This document shows positions 17,564 through 28,200 of a DNA stretch of 30,594 nucleotides, one piece after another. The notes under the pieces were generated by a model, which was given only the letters and a program-made list of their open reading frames with translations, did not search any database and had not been told where the DNA came from. Source of the stretch: Gemmatimonadales bacterium (GTDB taxonomy: Bacteria > Gemmatimonadota > Gemmatimonadetes > Gemmatimonadales > GWC2-71-9); contig JBDIWC010000044.1 of assembly GCA_039794085.1 (NCBI GenBank), forward strand, positions 1 through 30,594, read 5' to 3'. Each line of letters opens with the position of its first letter. Within the stretch, counting starts at the first letter, position 1. The position numbers were made by a program, and so were the translations under genes.

Positions 17564-18430
17564 TCAAGCGACGGCACCCCCACGCACGAGGGATTGGAAC
17601 CGGTTCCGCAGGTCGCGAGTGACGGGACCGGGGGTCCCCGACCCGATCGGCCGTCCGTCGAGCTCGCGGATGGGCGCGATCTCGGCTGCGGTTCCGGTCA
17701 GAAAGGCCTCGTCGGCGGTGTACACGTCGTACCGGTTGAGAATCGTCTCCTCCACCGGAAGACCCGCCCCACGGGCGAGGTCGATCACCACATCGCGGGT
17801 GACCCCTCGCAGGATCCCCCCCCACGCGGGCGGAGTCCGCACAACCCCTTTTCGGACCACGAAGAGGTTCATGCCCGAGGCCTCGGCCACCCATCCCTGT
17901 GCATCGAGCATCAGCACCTCGTCGACCTCGGCGTTCACCCCTTCCATCTTGGCCAGAATGTGGGAGAGGTAGTTCAACGACTTGACCCGCGGGGACAAGG
18001 CCTCCCGGTGCGGGATCGGCGTCCCGGCGGTCATCATCCGGAGTCCCTGGGCATAGCGTTCCTCGGACCAGATGTGAATCGTGTCCACGATGATGAGAAC
18101 GGTGGGGACGGGGCAGCTCCGGGGATCAATGCCCAGATCCCCGCGCCCGCGGGTGATGACCGGTCGGATGTAGGCATCGGCAAGACCGGACCGGCGCACC
18201 GCCTCCTCGACGATCCGGGCGCAGGCGTCGGGGGCGATCGGTATGGTCAATCCAATGGCGCGCGCGGAGTCATACAGACGCTCCAGGTGTTCCTCCAGCC
18301 GAAAGATCCGTCCGCCATAGACCCGGATCCCCTCGAACACGCCGTCACCGTACAGGAGTCCGTGATCAAACACCGAGATCCGCGCGGTGGTCTCATCGTA
18401 CCATTCGCCATCCATCCAGACCGTGGCCAT
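17564..18430 (-). CDS. ilvE: branched-chain amino acid aminotransferase (class IV)
   Basis: DHGLLYGDGVFEGIR, KSLNYL, EASGMNLF, ILRGVTR, ADEAFLTGTAAE. Confidence 0.95.
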   Translation of the reverse strand: MATVWMDGEWYDETTARISVFDHGLLYGDGVFEGIRVYGGRIFRLEEHLERLYDSARAIGLTIPIAPDACARIVEEAVRRSGLADAYIRPVITRGRGDLGIDPRSCPVPTVLIIVDTIHIWSEERYAQGLRMMTAGTPIPHREALSPRVKSLNYLSHILAKMEGVNAEVDEVLMLDAQGWVAEASGMNLFVVRKGVVRTPPAWGGILRGVTRDVVIDLARGAGLPVEETILNRYDVYTADEAFLTGTAAEIAPIRELDGRPIGSGTPGPVTRDLRNRFQSLVRGGAVA

Positions 18431-18514
18431 CCATCCTCCCTGCGCTGAGTGTGGGGGGGCATCCCGCAGCTGCCAAACCGACGCAATGTACCGGAACCGG
18501 GGGCGTCGCGCACC

Positions 18515-20731
18515 TCACTCCCCGGACGTGGCCGGGGAGGGGGACACCCACCGGGCCAGCACGGCGGCCAGATCATCGGGGCGCATGGGTTTGGTGAGGT
18601 AGTCGTCCATGCCGGCGGCGTGGCACCGTTCCCGGTCGCCCTCCATGGCGTTGGCGGTCACCGCCACGATCGGCACGCGGCTCGCGGGCCAGTCCCGGGT
18701 CCGGATCGCCGCGGTCGCCTCATACCCATCGAGTTCCGGCATCTGACAGTCCATCAGAATCAGGTCACACGGTTGCCGGGCGAGAATCTCCAGGACCTCG
18801 TGGCCGGTGGAAGCCGACACCACCTCGCACCCCAGGCGGCGCAGCATGCGCTCGGCCACGAGCCGGTTGACGGCGTTGTCCTCGGCCAACAGCACCGTGG
18901 GGGGGCCCACGGTCTCCTCCCGGTTCCCGGTCACCGCGGACGGATCCGGGGCGCGTTCCGACTCGACCACGGTGTACCGGGTGATGAAGACAGGATTCCC
19001 CTCGGCATCCGGTTGGCACGCACTCCCGATGACCGCCCCGAGGGTGTCCCGCAGGATGCGCGCCCGCACCGGTTTGACGAGATAGGCGGAGAACCCGGCC
19101 TCCTGGAATCGCGCCGCCTCTCCCCGTTGCCCCGACGATGTCAGCAGAACGAGAGGCACCCGCTGTCCCGCCTCGCACTCCCGGATCGCGCGTCCCAGGG
19201 AGAGTCCGTCCTGCCCCGGCATCTGGTAGTCCAGGATGATGAGTGCGTACGGATCCCCCTCACGCTGTGCGGCCAGCACCGCCGCCACCGCGTCCCCCGG
19301 ATCGCCAAGCACGACGGGGCGGAGCTCCCACTCGGCGAGCTGCTCCACCAGCAGCCGGCGGTTGACCGCGTTGTCGTCCACCACCAGAGTGCGAACGCCA
19401 GCCAGAGTGCCCCGTGGCACGGGAGGAAGGTGCGTCCGGTCCTTGGGCAGGGGAAGCACGACCCGGAAGGTTGATCCCGCCCCCGGAACGCTTTCCAGGG
19501 TGATCGCCCCGCCCATGAGCACACTCAACTCCTTCGAGATGGCGAGGCCCAGACCGGTACCGCCGAACTCGCGCGTGGTCGAGGCATCGGCCTGGGTGAA
19601 CTTCTCGAAGATGAGGTCCTGCTTCTCCCGCGGAATGCCGATTCCCGTGTCCGTCACCGACAGTTGCATCCGCGCCACGCCCGGACCCTGATCCAGACAC
19701 TCCACCTCCACCAGCACATGTCCCTGGCTGGTGAACTTGATCGCGTTGCCCACCAGATTGAGGAGGATCTGCCGAACGCGTCCGGCATCGCCCACGAGAC
19801 GCCGCGGGATCCCGTGGGGGTACCGGTGCAGAAGATCGATGCCCCGTTCCCGGGCCCGCGGAGTCATGAGTTCGATCACGTCCTCCACCGCGACCTCCAG
19901 GTCGAAGGGGTGGGGGTCCACCTCCAGGCGTCCCGCCTCGATCTTGGAGAAGTCGAGGATGTCGTTCATCATGGTAAGGAGGGCATCGGCCGAGGACTTG
20001 ACGGTCACGGCGCAATCGCGCTGCTCCTCGGACAGGTCGGTGTCGAGCAGGAGCTCCAGCATGCCGAGAATACCGTTCATCGGGGTGCGGATCTCGTGGC
20101 TCATGGTGGCGAGAAAATCGCTCTTGACCCGCGCGGCGGTTTCGGCCCGAATCTTGGCGTCGTTGAGCGCCTCCAGGGACCGGGCCAGGTCCTCGGCAGA
20201 GCGCCGGAGTTCGCTCGCCGCCTTCACCTGTTCACCGATGTCGCGGTAGATCCCGAACACGCCGCTCTGGCCATCCCCCATGATGATCGGCGAACCGAGA
20301 ACGGAGACCGTCACCAGACTCCCGTCGGCGCGCCGGCGGGTGGTGTCGATGTGCACCGGCCGCCCCTGCAACGCCTCACCGGACACCTGGCGCGCTTCCT
20401 CCCGCCCCTCCAGGGGCACGATGACATCATTCAGGAACCGTCCGCGAATGTCACCGATGGCATACCCGAAGAGGGACTCGAAGGCGGGGTTGGCGTCGAG
20501 GATCCGGTCGGCGCCATCGAGCACCACGATCCCGTCGGGAGAGTTACGGAACAGCTGGCGAAAGGTCGCCGCTTCGAGCCGGAGACGGCGCCCGCTCTCG
20601 ACCTCCTCACCGAGCCGGGTCACCAGGCGGCCAATCACCTCGTCGGGGGAGACTTTGTCGTCGGTGCCAAGTCCAAGCAGGTAGCGCACCTGCGGGGGGG
20701 GAGACCAGGAGGGGGGCGAGGCGTCGGGCAA
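18515..20731 (-). CDS. cytoplasmic hybrid histidine kinase (PAS-HisKA-HATPase-REC-REC)
   Basis: PAS (NPAFESLFGY, RRADG), FLATMSHEIRTPMNG, NLVGNAIKFT, DTGIG, GGTGLGL, two receiver domains (ILDYQMP, LMDCQMP). TTG start after GGAGG inferred; the ORF extends to 20785. Confidence 0.93.
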   Translation of the reverse strand: MPDASPPSWSPPPQVRYLLGLGTDDKVSPDEVIGRLVTRLGEEVESGRRLRLEAATFRQLFRNSPDGIVVLDGADRILDANPAFESLFGYAIGDIRGRFLNDVIVPLEGREEARQVSGEALQGRPVHIDTTRRRADGSLVTVSVLGSPIIMGDGQSGVFGIYRDIGEQVKAASELRRSAEDLARSLEALNDAKIRAETAARVKSDFLATMSHEIRTPMNGILGMLELLLDTDLSEEQRDCAVTVKSSADALLTMMNDILDFSKIEAGRLEVDPHPFDLEVAVEDVIELMTPRARERGIDLLHRYPHGIPRRLVGDAGRVRQILLNLVGNAIKFTSQGHVLVEVECLDQGPGVARMQLSVTDTGIGIPREKQDLIFEKFTQADASTTREFGGTGLGLAISKELSVLMGGAITLESVPGAGSTFRVVLPLPKDRTHLPPVPRGTLAGVRTLVVDDNAVNRRLLVEQLAEWELRPVVLGDPGDAVAAVLAAQREGDPYALIILDYQMPGQDGLSLGRAIRECEAGQRVPLVLLTSSGQRGEAARFQEAGFSAYLVKPVRARILRDTLGAVIGSACQPDAEGNPVFITRYTVVESERAPDPSAVTGNREETVGPPTVLLAEDNAVNRLVAERMLRRLGCEVVSASTGHEVLEILARQPCDLILMDCQMPELDGYEATAAIRTRDWPASRVPIVAVTANAMEGDRERCHAAGMDDYLTKPMRPDDLAAVLARWVSPSPATSGE

Positions 20732-20788
20732 TCGGCCTCCGCGGGCGGGAGAAGAAGACGGTGCCGGAGGGGACACCGGAAGCACGAG

Positions 20789-20861
20789 TGAGGGCGGTGG
20801 GGATCGAACCCACGACCTACAGATTAAAAGTCTGTTGCTCTACCAATTGAGCTACGCCCCC
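20789..20861 (-). tRNA. tRNA-Lys(TTT), CCA not encoded
   Basis: GGGGGCG/CGCCCTC acceptor stem, ACAGA-CTTTTAA-TCTGT anticodon arm, GGTTCGATCCC T loop. Confidence 0.96.
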
Positions 20862-20896
20862 GGGCGTGTGAAACGTGGCGCTGGCCTGCCCAAAAC

Positions 20897-21550
20897 TCAA
20901 GCATCCTCCCCCGCGAACAGGAAGGTCAATTGGGAGACGGGCGCGAAACTGGTCCGGTGGTGCCGGGTGGGACCGTGACGCCGGAGCGCCTCCAGGTGGT
21001 CACTCGTCCCGTATCCCATGTTGCGTTCCCACCCATACCGGTCATGACGGGTGCTGAGCAAGGTCATCAGCCGGTCCCGCACGGTCTTGGCCACGATGCC
21101 GGCCGCGGCCACCGAATAGCAGAGGGCGTCCCCGTCCACGAGAGCTTCGTGCGGCATCCCGAATTCCGGAAGGGGCAACCCGTCCAGCAGAATCGTGACC
21201 GGCTGGTCGCCCGGCGGGGGATCGAGTGCGTCGAAGGCACGGCGCAGCGCCAGGGCCGTGGCCCGCCGGATGTTGTACCGGTCGATCTCCCGGGTACTCG
21301 CCGCTCCGATGCCGAGACAGAGTGCCCGCTCCCGAATGCGCCCGGCGAGCTTTTCCCGCGCCCGGGCCGAGAGCACCTTGCTGTCGCGCACTCCGTTGAT
21401 GCGGCGGGCATCGGGGGCAAAGGCAATGGCCGCAGCCACCACCGGACCAGCCAGGGGACCGCGGCCCACTTCGTCGAGCCCGACCAGAATATGCCCCGCG
21501 GACCAGGCGGCCCGTTCGCGGGCCAGACCGGGCGCAGGGTGTGCTGCCAC
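20897..21550 (-). CDS. rnhB: ribonuclease HII
   Basis: GLDEVGRGPLAGPV, DSK.LS, AAAGIVAKT.RD, GYGT, HRTSF.P. GTG start inferred. Confidence 0.95.
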   Translation of the reverse strand: MAAHPAPGLARERAAWSAGHILVGLDEVGRGPLAGPVVAAAIAFAPDARRINGVRDSKVLSARAREKLAGRIRERALCLGIGAASTREIDRYNIRRATALALRRAFDALDPPPGDQPVTILLDGLPLPEFGMPHEALVDGDALCYSVAAAGIVAKTVRDRLMTLLSTRHDRYGWERNMGYGTSDHLEALRRHGPTRHHRTSFAPVSQLTFLFAGEDA

Positions 21551-21554
21551 CGGC

Positions 21555-21902
21555 CTACCGCTCTCGCTTCTCCTTGATGCGCGCCGCCTTGCCGGAGAGA
21601 GCCCGGAGATAGTAGAGCTTGGCGCGGCGAACCCGCCCCCGCCGCACCACCTCGACCGACGCCACCGAGGGGCTGTGCAGGGGGAAGATCCGCTCGACAC
21701 CGACACTCGCGGAAATCTTCCGAACAGTGTAGCTGGCGCTCATCCCCCCCCCCCGCCGGGCGGTACAGGTTCCTTCGAAGGCCTGGAGCCGTTCCTTATC
21801 GCCCTCGCGCACCCGCACCATCACCCGAATGGTGTCGCCCGCCCGGAAGTCGGGGAGATCCGTCCGCATGCCCTCACGGGCCACTGCATTGAGTCGTTCC
21901 AC
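21555..21902 (-). CDS. rplS: 50S ribosomal protein L19
   Basis: [33 protein letters not shown]. Confidence 0.97.
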   Translation of the reverse strand: MERLNAVAREGMRTDLPDFRAGDTIRVMVRVREGDKERLQAFEGTCTARRGGGMSASYTVRKISASVGVERIFPLHSPSVASVEVVRRGRVRRAKLYYLRALSGKAARIKEKRER

Positions 21903-21947
21903 CTGCTCACCCTCCGCGCCGTGACGGCGCCATGATTGAAGACATCC

Positions 21948-22640
21948 TCAACTCGCGTGGTCTCGGCCCTCATGCGCCGCCCACAGGTCCGGCCGTCGTT
22001 CCCGCGTCAACCGTTCGGACTCGGCGTCCCGCCAGGCCGCGATCTCCGCGTGGTTCCCGGAGCGCAACACCTCCGGAACCTTCAGGCCCCGGTATTCCGG
22101 GGGCCTGGTGTAGCTCGGCGGGCTCAGGAGCCCGTCGTAAAACGAATCACTGCTCGCCGACTCGTGGTCCCCGAGCACGCCCGGGAGCAATCGCACCACG
22201 GCATCGATGACACAGAGTGCCGCCGCCTCCCCTCCCGAGAGCACGAAATCCCCGATCGTGATCTCCTCCACTCCCAGCCCCTCCACCACCCGCTGGTCCA
22301 CATCCTTGTAGTGGCCGCAGAGCACCGTGAGCTCCGGCGCCAGCGAGTAGCGCACCGCCGTCTCATGCTCGAAGCGCCGCCCCCGCGCACTCATCAACAC
22401 CACCGGTCCGGCCGGGGCCAGGGCGTCCATCGCCTCGAAGAACGGCTCCGGCTTGAGCACCATCCCGGCGCCCCCCCCGTAGGGGTAATCGTCCACCGTG
22501 GCGTGCCGGTCGTGCGTGTGGTCCCGCAGCTGCACCAGCCGGTACTCCACCAGTCCCGCCGCCCGGGCCCGTCCCGGAATGCTCGCTCCGAGATAGGGGG
22601 CGAGGATCTCCGGAAAGAGCGTGACCACGTTGATCTTCAT
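21948..22640 (-). CDS. trmD: tRNA (guanine37-N1)-methyltransferase
   Basis: TLFPE, VDDYPYGGGAGMV, CGHY, IGDFVLSGGE, YTRP, VPEVL.SGNH. Confidence 0.97.
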   Translation of the reverse strand: MKINVVTLFPEILAPYLGASIPGRARAAGLVEYRLVQLRDHTHDRHATVDDYPYGGGAGMVLKPEPFFEAMDALAPAGPVVLMSARGRRFEHETAVRYSLAPELTVLCGHYKDVDQRVVEGLGVEEITIGDFVLSGGEAAALCVIDAVVRLLPGVLGDHESASSDSFYDGLLSPPSYTRPPEYRGLKVPEVLRSGNHAEIAAWRDAESERLTRERRPDLWAAHEGRDHAS

Positions 22641-23170
22641 CACGAGGGCCACTCGTCCGAGATCGCCACCGTGAGGCACCGCGCCTTCCGGTCCACCCCC
22701 GTCACGAACTCCTTCCGATACGGCACCAGCACCTCCCGCTTCGGGCCCTGCACCTCGATCACGAGCCCCGAGGGAAGATCATACACGGCACTCACCAGGC
22801 CCATCGGTGTCCCATCCGGGGCCCGCACCGCGAACCCCTCCAGCTCATGCAACCAGACCTCGTCGTCGTCCGGCGGCCGCAGGCGATCGGGCGGGACCCC
22901 GAGGAAATGCCCGTGCCACGGGTCGATCGCCTCACGCCGGTCGTGCCCCTCGAAGGTCAGGAGCCATTCCCGGTGATACGGCCGGCTCCGCGCAACGGTC
23001 AGAGGCCCGGCCACCGCCTCTCCCTCCAGATTGAGCACCCAGACCGTCTGTCCGGCGGCAAACAATCGTTCCGCCTCCTCGGTCAGGGGGAAGACCGCGC
23101 ACTCCCCCTTCAACCCATGCGCCTTGCGGAGCCGCCCGACCGCAAAGTGGCCGGGGCGACTGCTGGTCAC
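22640..23170 (-). CDS. rimM: 16S rRNA processing protein RimM
   Basis: VGRLRKAHGLKGE, DEVWLHELEG, EVLVPY; canonical operon position. Confidence 0.93.
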   Translation of the reverse strand: MTSSRPGHFAVGRLRKAHGLKGECAVFPLTEEAERLFAAGQTVWVLNLEGEAVAGPLTVARSRPYHREWLLTFEGHDRREAIDPWHGHFLGVPPDRLRPPDDDEVWLHELEGFAVRAPDGTPMGLVSAVYDLPSGLVIEVQGPKREVLVPYRKEFVTGVDRKARCLTVAISDEWPS

Positions 23171-23427
23171 GCCGCGGGCGGGGTGTCCAGACCGGCCTTC
23201 CGGAGCAACGACTGGACCGTCTCGGACGGCGTCGCCCCGCGGGAGATCCAGTCGCGGGCCTTGTCCAGGTCCACCGTGTACTGCTGCGAGGCCGGCGCCT
23301 TCGGATGGTACGATCCGATGATGTCGAGAAACCGCCCGTCGCGCGGGGCGTCCCGGTCGGCGACGACGATGCGGTACATCGGGAGCTTCTTGCGGCCGAT
23401 CCGGCGCAGGCGAATGCGTGTTGCCAT
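23167..23427 (-). CDS. rpsP: 30S ribosomal protein S16
   Basis: IRLRRIGRKK.P.YRIVVAD...PRDGRF, GATPSETV. Confidence 0.97.
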   Translation of the reverse strand: MATRIRLRRIGRKKLPMYRIVVADRDAPRDGRFLDIIGSYHPKAPASQQYTVDLDKARDWISRGATPSETVQSLLRKAGLDTPPAA

Positions 23428-23446
23428 GGTCCGTTGTCCTGTTTCC

Positions 23447-24781
23447 TCAACCGAGACCGGGGATTCCGCGCCCGAATGGCATCTTCATGCCCGGTCTTCC
23501 TGACGACTTCATGAGCTTCTGCATCTGTTTGAACGACGACACCAGCTGATTCACTTCCTGCACGGTCCGGCCGGCGCCCTGGGCAATCCGGAGCCGCCGC
23601 GATCCGTTGAGCACCTCGGGATTCCGTCGCTCCGCCGGTGTCATCGACAGCACGATCGCCTCGGCGTGCTTGAGGCGCTTGTCGTCCAGCTTGGCACTGT
23701 TCAGCATCGCCGGGTTCACCCCCGGGAGCATGCCGAGCACGTTCTTGAGCGGCCCCATCTTCTGCATCTGCCGCATGGCGGCCAGAAAGTCCTGCAGATC
23801 GAGCCCCTTCTTCGACGTCGCCTTGCGGGCCAATTTCTCGGCCTCGCCCGCGTCCATCGTGGTCTGCGCCTTCTCCACCAGGCTCAGCACGTCCCCCTGC
23901 TGGAGGATGCGTCCCGCCATGCGGTCCGGCTGGAACGGTTCGAGCGCTTCCAGCCGCTCGCCCACGCCGACGTACTTGATCGGCGCCCCGGTGGCGCCGT
24001 AGATCGAGAGCGCCGCGCCGCCTCGGGCGTCGCCATCCATCTTGGTCAGGATCACTCCGGTGATCCCGAGCGCCTCATGGAACCCGGAGGCGATCCGCAC
24101 CGCGTCCTGCCCCGTCATCCCGTCCGCCACCAACAGGATCTCGTGCGGCCGCACCGCGCTCTTGAGTGCGGCGAGTTCGGCCATCATCGTCTCGTCGATC
24201 TGCAGCCGGCCCGCCGTGTCCACCAGCACCGTCCGGGCCCGGGCCTTGCCGGCGGCAACGATGCCTCGCTGCACCAGGCCCACCACATCGGTGCCCTCTT
24301 CCCGGTACACCCCGACCCCCACCTGCTCCCCGAGCGTGGCCAACTGGTCCGCGGCGGCGGGCCGGTAGACGTCGGCGGCCACGAGGAAGGGGGCCTTCAC
24401 CTCCGCCTTGAGCCGCCGGGCCAGCTTGCCCGCCGTGGTCGTCTTGCCCGATCCCTGCAACCCGACGAGCAGAATCACCGTGGGCGGCACGCTCGCGTGC
24501 TTGAGCGGCTCCTGCTTCTCGCCGAGCATCGCCACGAGTTCGTCGTAGACGATCTTGACCAGCTGTTCACCGGGCCGGACCGCCTGCAGGGCCGTGACCC
24601 CGACCGCCCGCTCCCGGACCCGTTCCAGGAACTGGCGGGTCAGATCGAAGCTGACGTCGGCCTCGAGGAGGACGGTCCGGATTTCCCGGAGCCCCTCCTT
24701 GACGGCCTCCTCCGTGAGCACCCCTCGGCCGGTGAGTCGGCGCAGGGTGGCCGTCAGTTTCGAAGAAAGCTCGCCGAACAT
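23447..24781 (-). CDS. ffh: signal recognition particle protein
   Basis: LLEADV, GLQGSGKTT, DTAGR, TKMDGDARGGAALS, Met-rich M domain, SMTPAER. Confidence 0.97.
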   Translation of the reverse strand: MFGELSSKLTATLRRLTGRGVLTEEAVKEGLREIRTVLLEADVSFDLTRQFLERVRERAVGVTALQAVRPGEQLVKIVYDELVAMLGEKQEPLKHASVPPTVILLVGLQGSGKTTTAGKLARRLKAEVKAPFLVAADVYRPAAADQLATLGEQVGVGVYREEGTDVVGLVQRGIVAAGKARARTVLVDTAGRLQIDETMMAELAALKSAVRPHEILLVADGMTGQDAVRIASGFHEALGITGVILTKMDGDARGGAALSIYGATGAPIKYVGVGERLEALEPFQPDRMAGRILQQGDVLSLVEKAQTTMDAGEAEKLARKATSKKGLDLQDFLAAMRQMQKMGPLKNVLGMLPGVNPAMLNSAKLDDKRLKHAEAIVLSMTPAERRNPEVLNGSRRLRIAQGAGRTVQEVNQLVSSFKQMQKLMKSSGRPGMKMPFGRGIPGLG

Positions 24782-24825
24782 AAGCCCAGAAAGGTAGCCG
24801 GGCCGGGATCCGCGAGCAACTGGGC

Positions 24826-24860
24826 CGGGGGCAGAGAGCAGGGAGGTGGGGGTAGGGGGC
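24826..24860 (+). repeat. degenerate 7-nt periodic G-rich repeat upstream of ffh
   Basis: CGGGGGC AGAGAGC AGGGAGG TGGGGGT AGGGGGC. Confidence 0.55.
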
Positions 24861-25015
24861 AAGCGGGTTTGTCCAACGGGCGGGCGGCGTCCTCGTCCCG
24901 CCGACACCGCCTCAGGGCCGTGGGATACAGGGCGGGTGCAGAAAAACTCCCGTGAGTGACTTTCCACCCAGGTGCGGGGATGGATCCAGTCAAAGAGACA
25001 ACCCATAAGGACAGG

Positions 25016-25057
25016 TCCAACAAAGAGTTAACCATAGTTCAAGGTAAATTCAAGGTA
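25016..25057 (+). promoter_or_regulatory. 11-bp-phased direct repeats, candidate winged-helix activator site
   Basis: TTCAAGGTA at 25038 and 25049; weaker in-phase TCCAA (25016) and GTTAA (25027). Confidence 0.5.
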
Positions 25058-25205
25058 GGGTGCGATGTTGTGGCGATCCGGGGCGGATCCCGGCACGACC
25101 GGCTGGCCTGACCCCTTCCAGACAACATTAAAGATCTCTCCTGGGTGGGACGATCCAGGGACCCAGTCCACGTCGGTTACTCTACCCATCCTTCGTGAGG
25201 TCCGC

Positions 25206-28200
25206 ATGAAGCTCGGTGATCTTGTGCGTGTGTTCGGAGTGCTTGCCCGGATCCGTGCTCTCGGAGGGAGCGGCACGGTCGGGATCGGTCAGCTTGGCGT
25301 GGCCCTCATGGCAACCGCCATTGGGACAGCACTGATCGCGGGACGAGCCGAGCCCATGAGGGATCCTGCCGGGGGGACGCCGCCTCCGGCACCCGACAGC
25401 GTTGCCCTCTACGGGCCGCAGACGTTCACAACACCGACGGGAGCAGCCACCACGAGTCTCGAACGGTTCACCATGGTGGTGACGCCGGGGCGGCAGTACG
25501 TGCTCCAGGTGGCCAATGGGGCACCGGACGGATCCGGACGGGTAACCGGTGGGTCCGTCATGCTCAATGGCAGTGTGGTGCTTTCGCCGGCCGATCTGGC
25601 TGCCGGCGGTGCCGGGTGGACCCGGGTCGTGCAGCCGATCGCCGAGGATACGCTGGTCGTCACCATCGAGGGCCCCGCAGGCGCCAACCTGGCGGTCTCT
25701 CTGCTCTCCACGGTGGATCCGTCGGTATTCCTGCTGGGCCCAGAACGCTTCATCAGGAATTCCGGGACTCCGGTAACCGATATTCGGACGTTCACAGTCG
25801 ATTCGCTCGTCGGGGCGCCGTTTTACCTCTGCATCGTCAACGGAAATACCGACGGGACCAACCGCCTCTCCAGCGCGTCGATCGTACTGAACGGGGTCGA
25901 GATCCTGACCCAGAGCGACTTGAACCAGCAGGTCGCGAGTCTGATGCGGCCGATCACGCCGCAGGTCGGGACGAACACCCTCTCGATACAGCTCACCGCC
26001 AAACCCAATGGCTTCCTTGACCTCTGCGTGACGGGAACCGACCGTGCGCCACCGGTGGTGACCATCTCCACTCCGGCCCCCAACACGATCACGAACGATC
26101 TCGACGTGCTGGTGACCGGCACCGTCGAGGACCAGACTCCAACCACGGTGACCGTGAACGGCATTGTCGCGGCGCTCGATGGACTCGGTGGGTACAGCGC
26201 CACGGTGCCCCTGACCGCTGAGGGGGAGAACACCCTGGCGGTCAGTGCCGTGGATGCGGCGGGGAACCGGGCCGATTCGACGCGAACCATCATTCGCGAC
26301 ACCGAGCCACCGCTACTCAACGTGACCTCCCCCCTGGGGGGCGCAATCACGAACCAGTCGACGGCCTCCATCGCCGGCACGGTGCTCGACGCGATTCCCG
26401 TGACCGTCAACGTGAATGGTGTGCCTTTCGGTGTGGATGGTGCCAACTCCTTCGGCGGTACCCTGACCCTCAGTGAGGGCACGAACATCATCACAACCAC
26501 GGCCGTGGACGCCGCGGGCAATAGCGTGAGTGACGTTCGGACGGTTCTCCTCGACACCACGCCCCCCGCCCTCCTCGTCAACTCACCAAGCGACGGTGAC
26601 ACGACGTCGGTGGAAACGTCCACGGTGAGCGGCTCGGCCACGGATGATTCACCGCTCACACTCACCGTGAACGGTACCGCCGTCCTCCTAGGAACGGGCG
26701 GAGCATTCACGGAGGACGTATCCCTTGTCGAAGGACCCAACCTCATCACGGTGACGGCAACGGACGAGGCGACCAACGCAGCGACTGTTGTGAGAACCGT
26801 CGTTCTGCAATCCGGCCCGTCACTCCCGCCCGACCCGGCGATCGTGGCACCTGTGCTCAACCGCGCCGAGATCACGACGGTCGACGAGGCAACCTCGTTC
26901 CTCTATGCGGGGCCGACACCGATTCAAACCGGTGTGGCGCCCGGGACGATCGTTCCACAGCGCGCGGCCGTGGTCCGCGGGCGGGTGCTCACGACCGAGT
27001 TTCTGCCCTTGAGCGGGGTGACCGTCCGGATCGCCGGGCACCCGGAACTGGGGCAGACCCTCTCCAGGGCGGACGGGGGGTACGACCTGGCCGTGAACGG
27101 TGGCGGGACGGTACGGGTGGGCTTCGAACGCGCCGGGCACTTGCCGGCGGAGCGAGGCGCCGACGTGCCCTGGCAGGATTACGTGACCTTGGAAGACGTG
27201 ATCCTCCTTCAACCCGATTCCGCGGCCACCGTTGTCGACCTGACTTCTCCGGCGCCGCCGGTGGCCCGGGGTAGTGTCACGACCGATGCCGACGGGCCGC
27301 GACAGGCCACGCTCATCTTCAAGCCGGGGACCCACGCCACCTTGACGCGGCCCGATGGCACCAGTGAGCCACTCACGACGCTCACAGTCCGCGCAACCGA
27401 GTTCACCGTGGGTGACAGTGGCCGCCTCGCAATGCCTGCCCCCCTACCGCCTGCGAGTCAGTACACCTACGCCGTCCAGCTCAGCGCCGATGAGCAGTTG
27501 GCGGCCGGGCCCGGGGCTCAGGTCGTCCTGAGCCAGCCGGTTCCCCTCTACGTGGACAACTTCCTGAGCTTCCCCGTCGGCACCACCGTTCCCGTTGGCC
27601 AACTGGATCTCGACGAGGGAGCATGGGTCCCGGCGAACAATGGCGTGGTGCTTCGGGTGCTCGGCACGGACGGTGACGGACGCGCATTGCTGGACACGGA
27701 CGGCGACGAGGTCGCGGACCTCCCTAATGCTCTCCTGGCGTTGGGCATTGACGATTTCGAGCTGGTACAACTCGCGGGAACCTATCCGGCGGGGGCCGAT
27801 CTCTGGCGCGCACTGGCGAACCGCCTCGTGCCGTACGACCTCAATCTCCCCTACTTCTCGGTGGGTGTGGACCCAACCGAGGGGAAGGTCACCGGTGGAT
27901 GTGGCGAGCGGGGGGCGGACCCGTTGCGGTGTCAGCTCCAGGTCCAGACGGCCTTCCAATCGGTGGGTCTCGTCGGCTCGCCGTTTACGCTGAACTATGC
28001 GAGCGACCGGACCCAGGGGAACACTTCGGACCGGACGCTCGATATCACCCTGACCGGCCCGACTCTGCCGGCAGACATTGTCCGGGTCGAACTGGAGGTG
28101 GCCGTCGCGGGCCAACGGTTCCGCGGTGCCTTTGCGCCGACACCGAATCTGACGTTCACGTTCCACTGGGATGGGAAGGATGTGTACGGACGGTTGGTTC

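Noticed and set aside
21744..21753. Poly-C tract in rplS as a phase-variation site
   Set aside because: It encodes in-frame RGGG in an intact essential gene.
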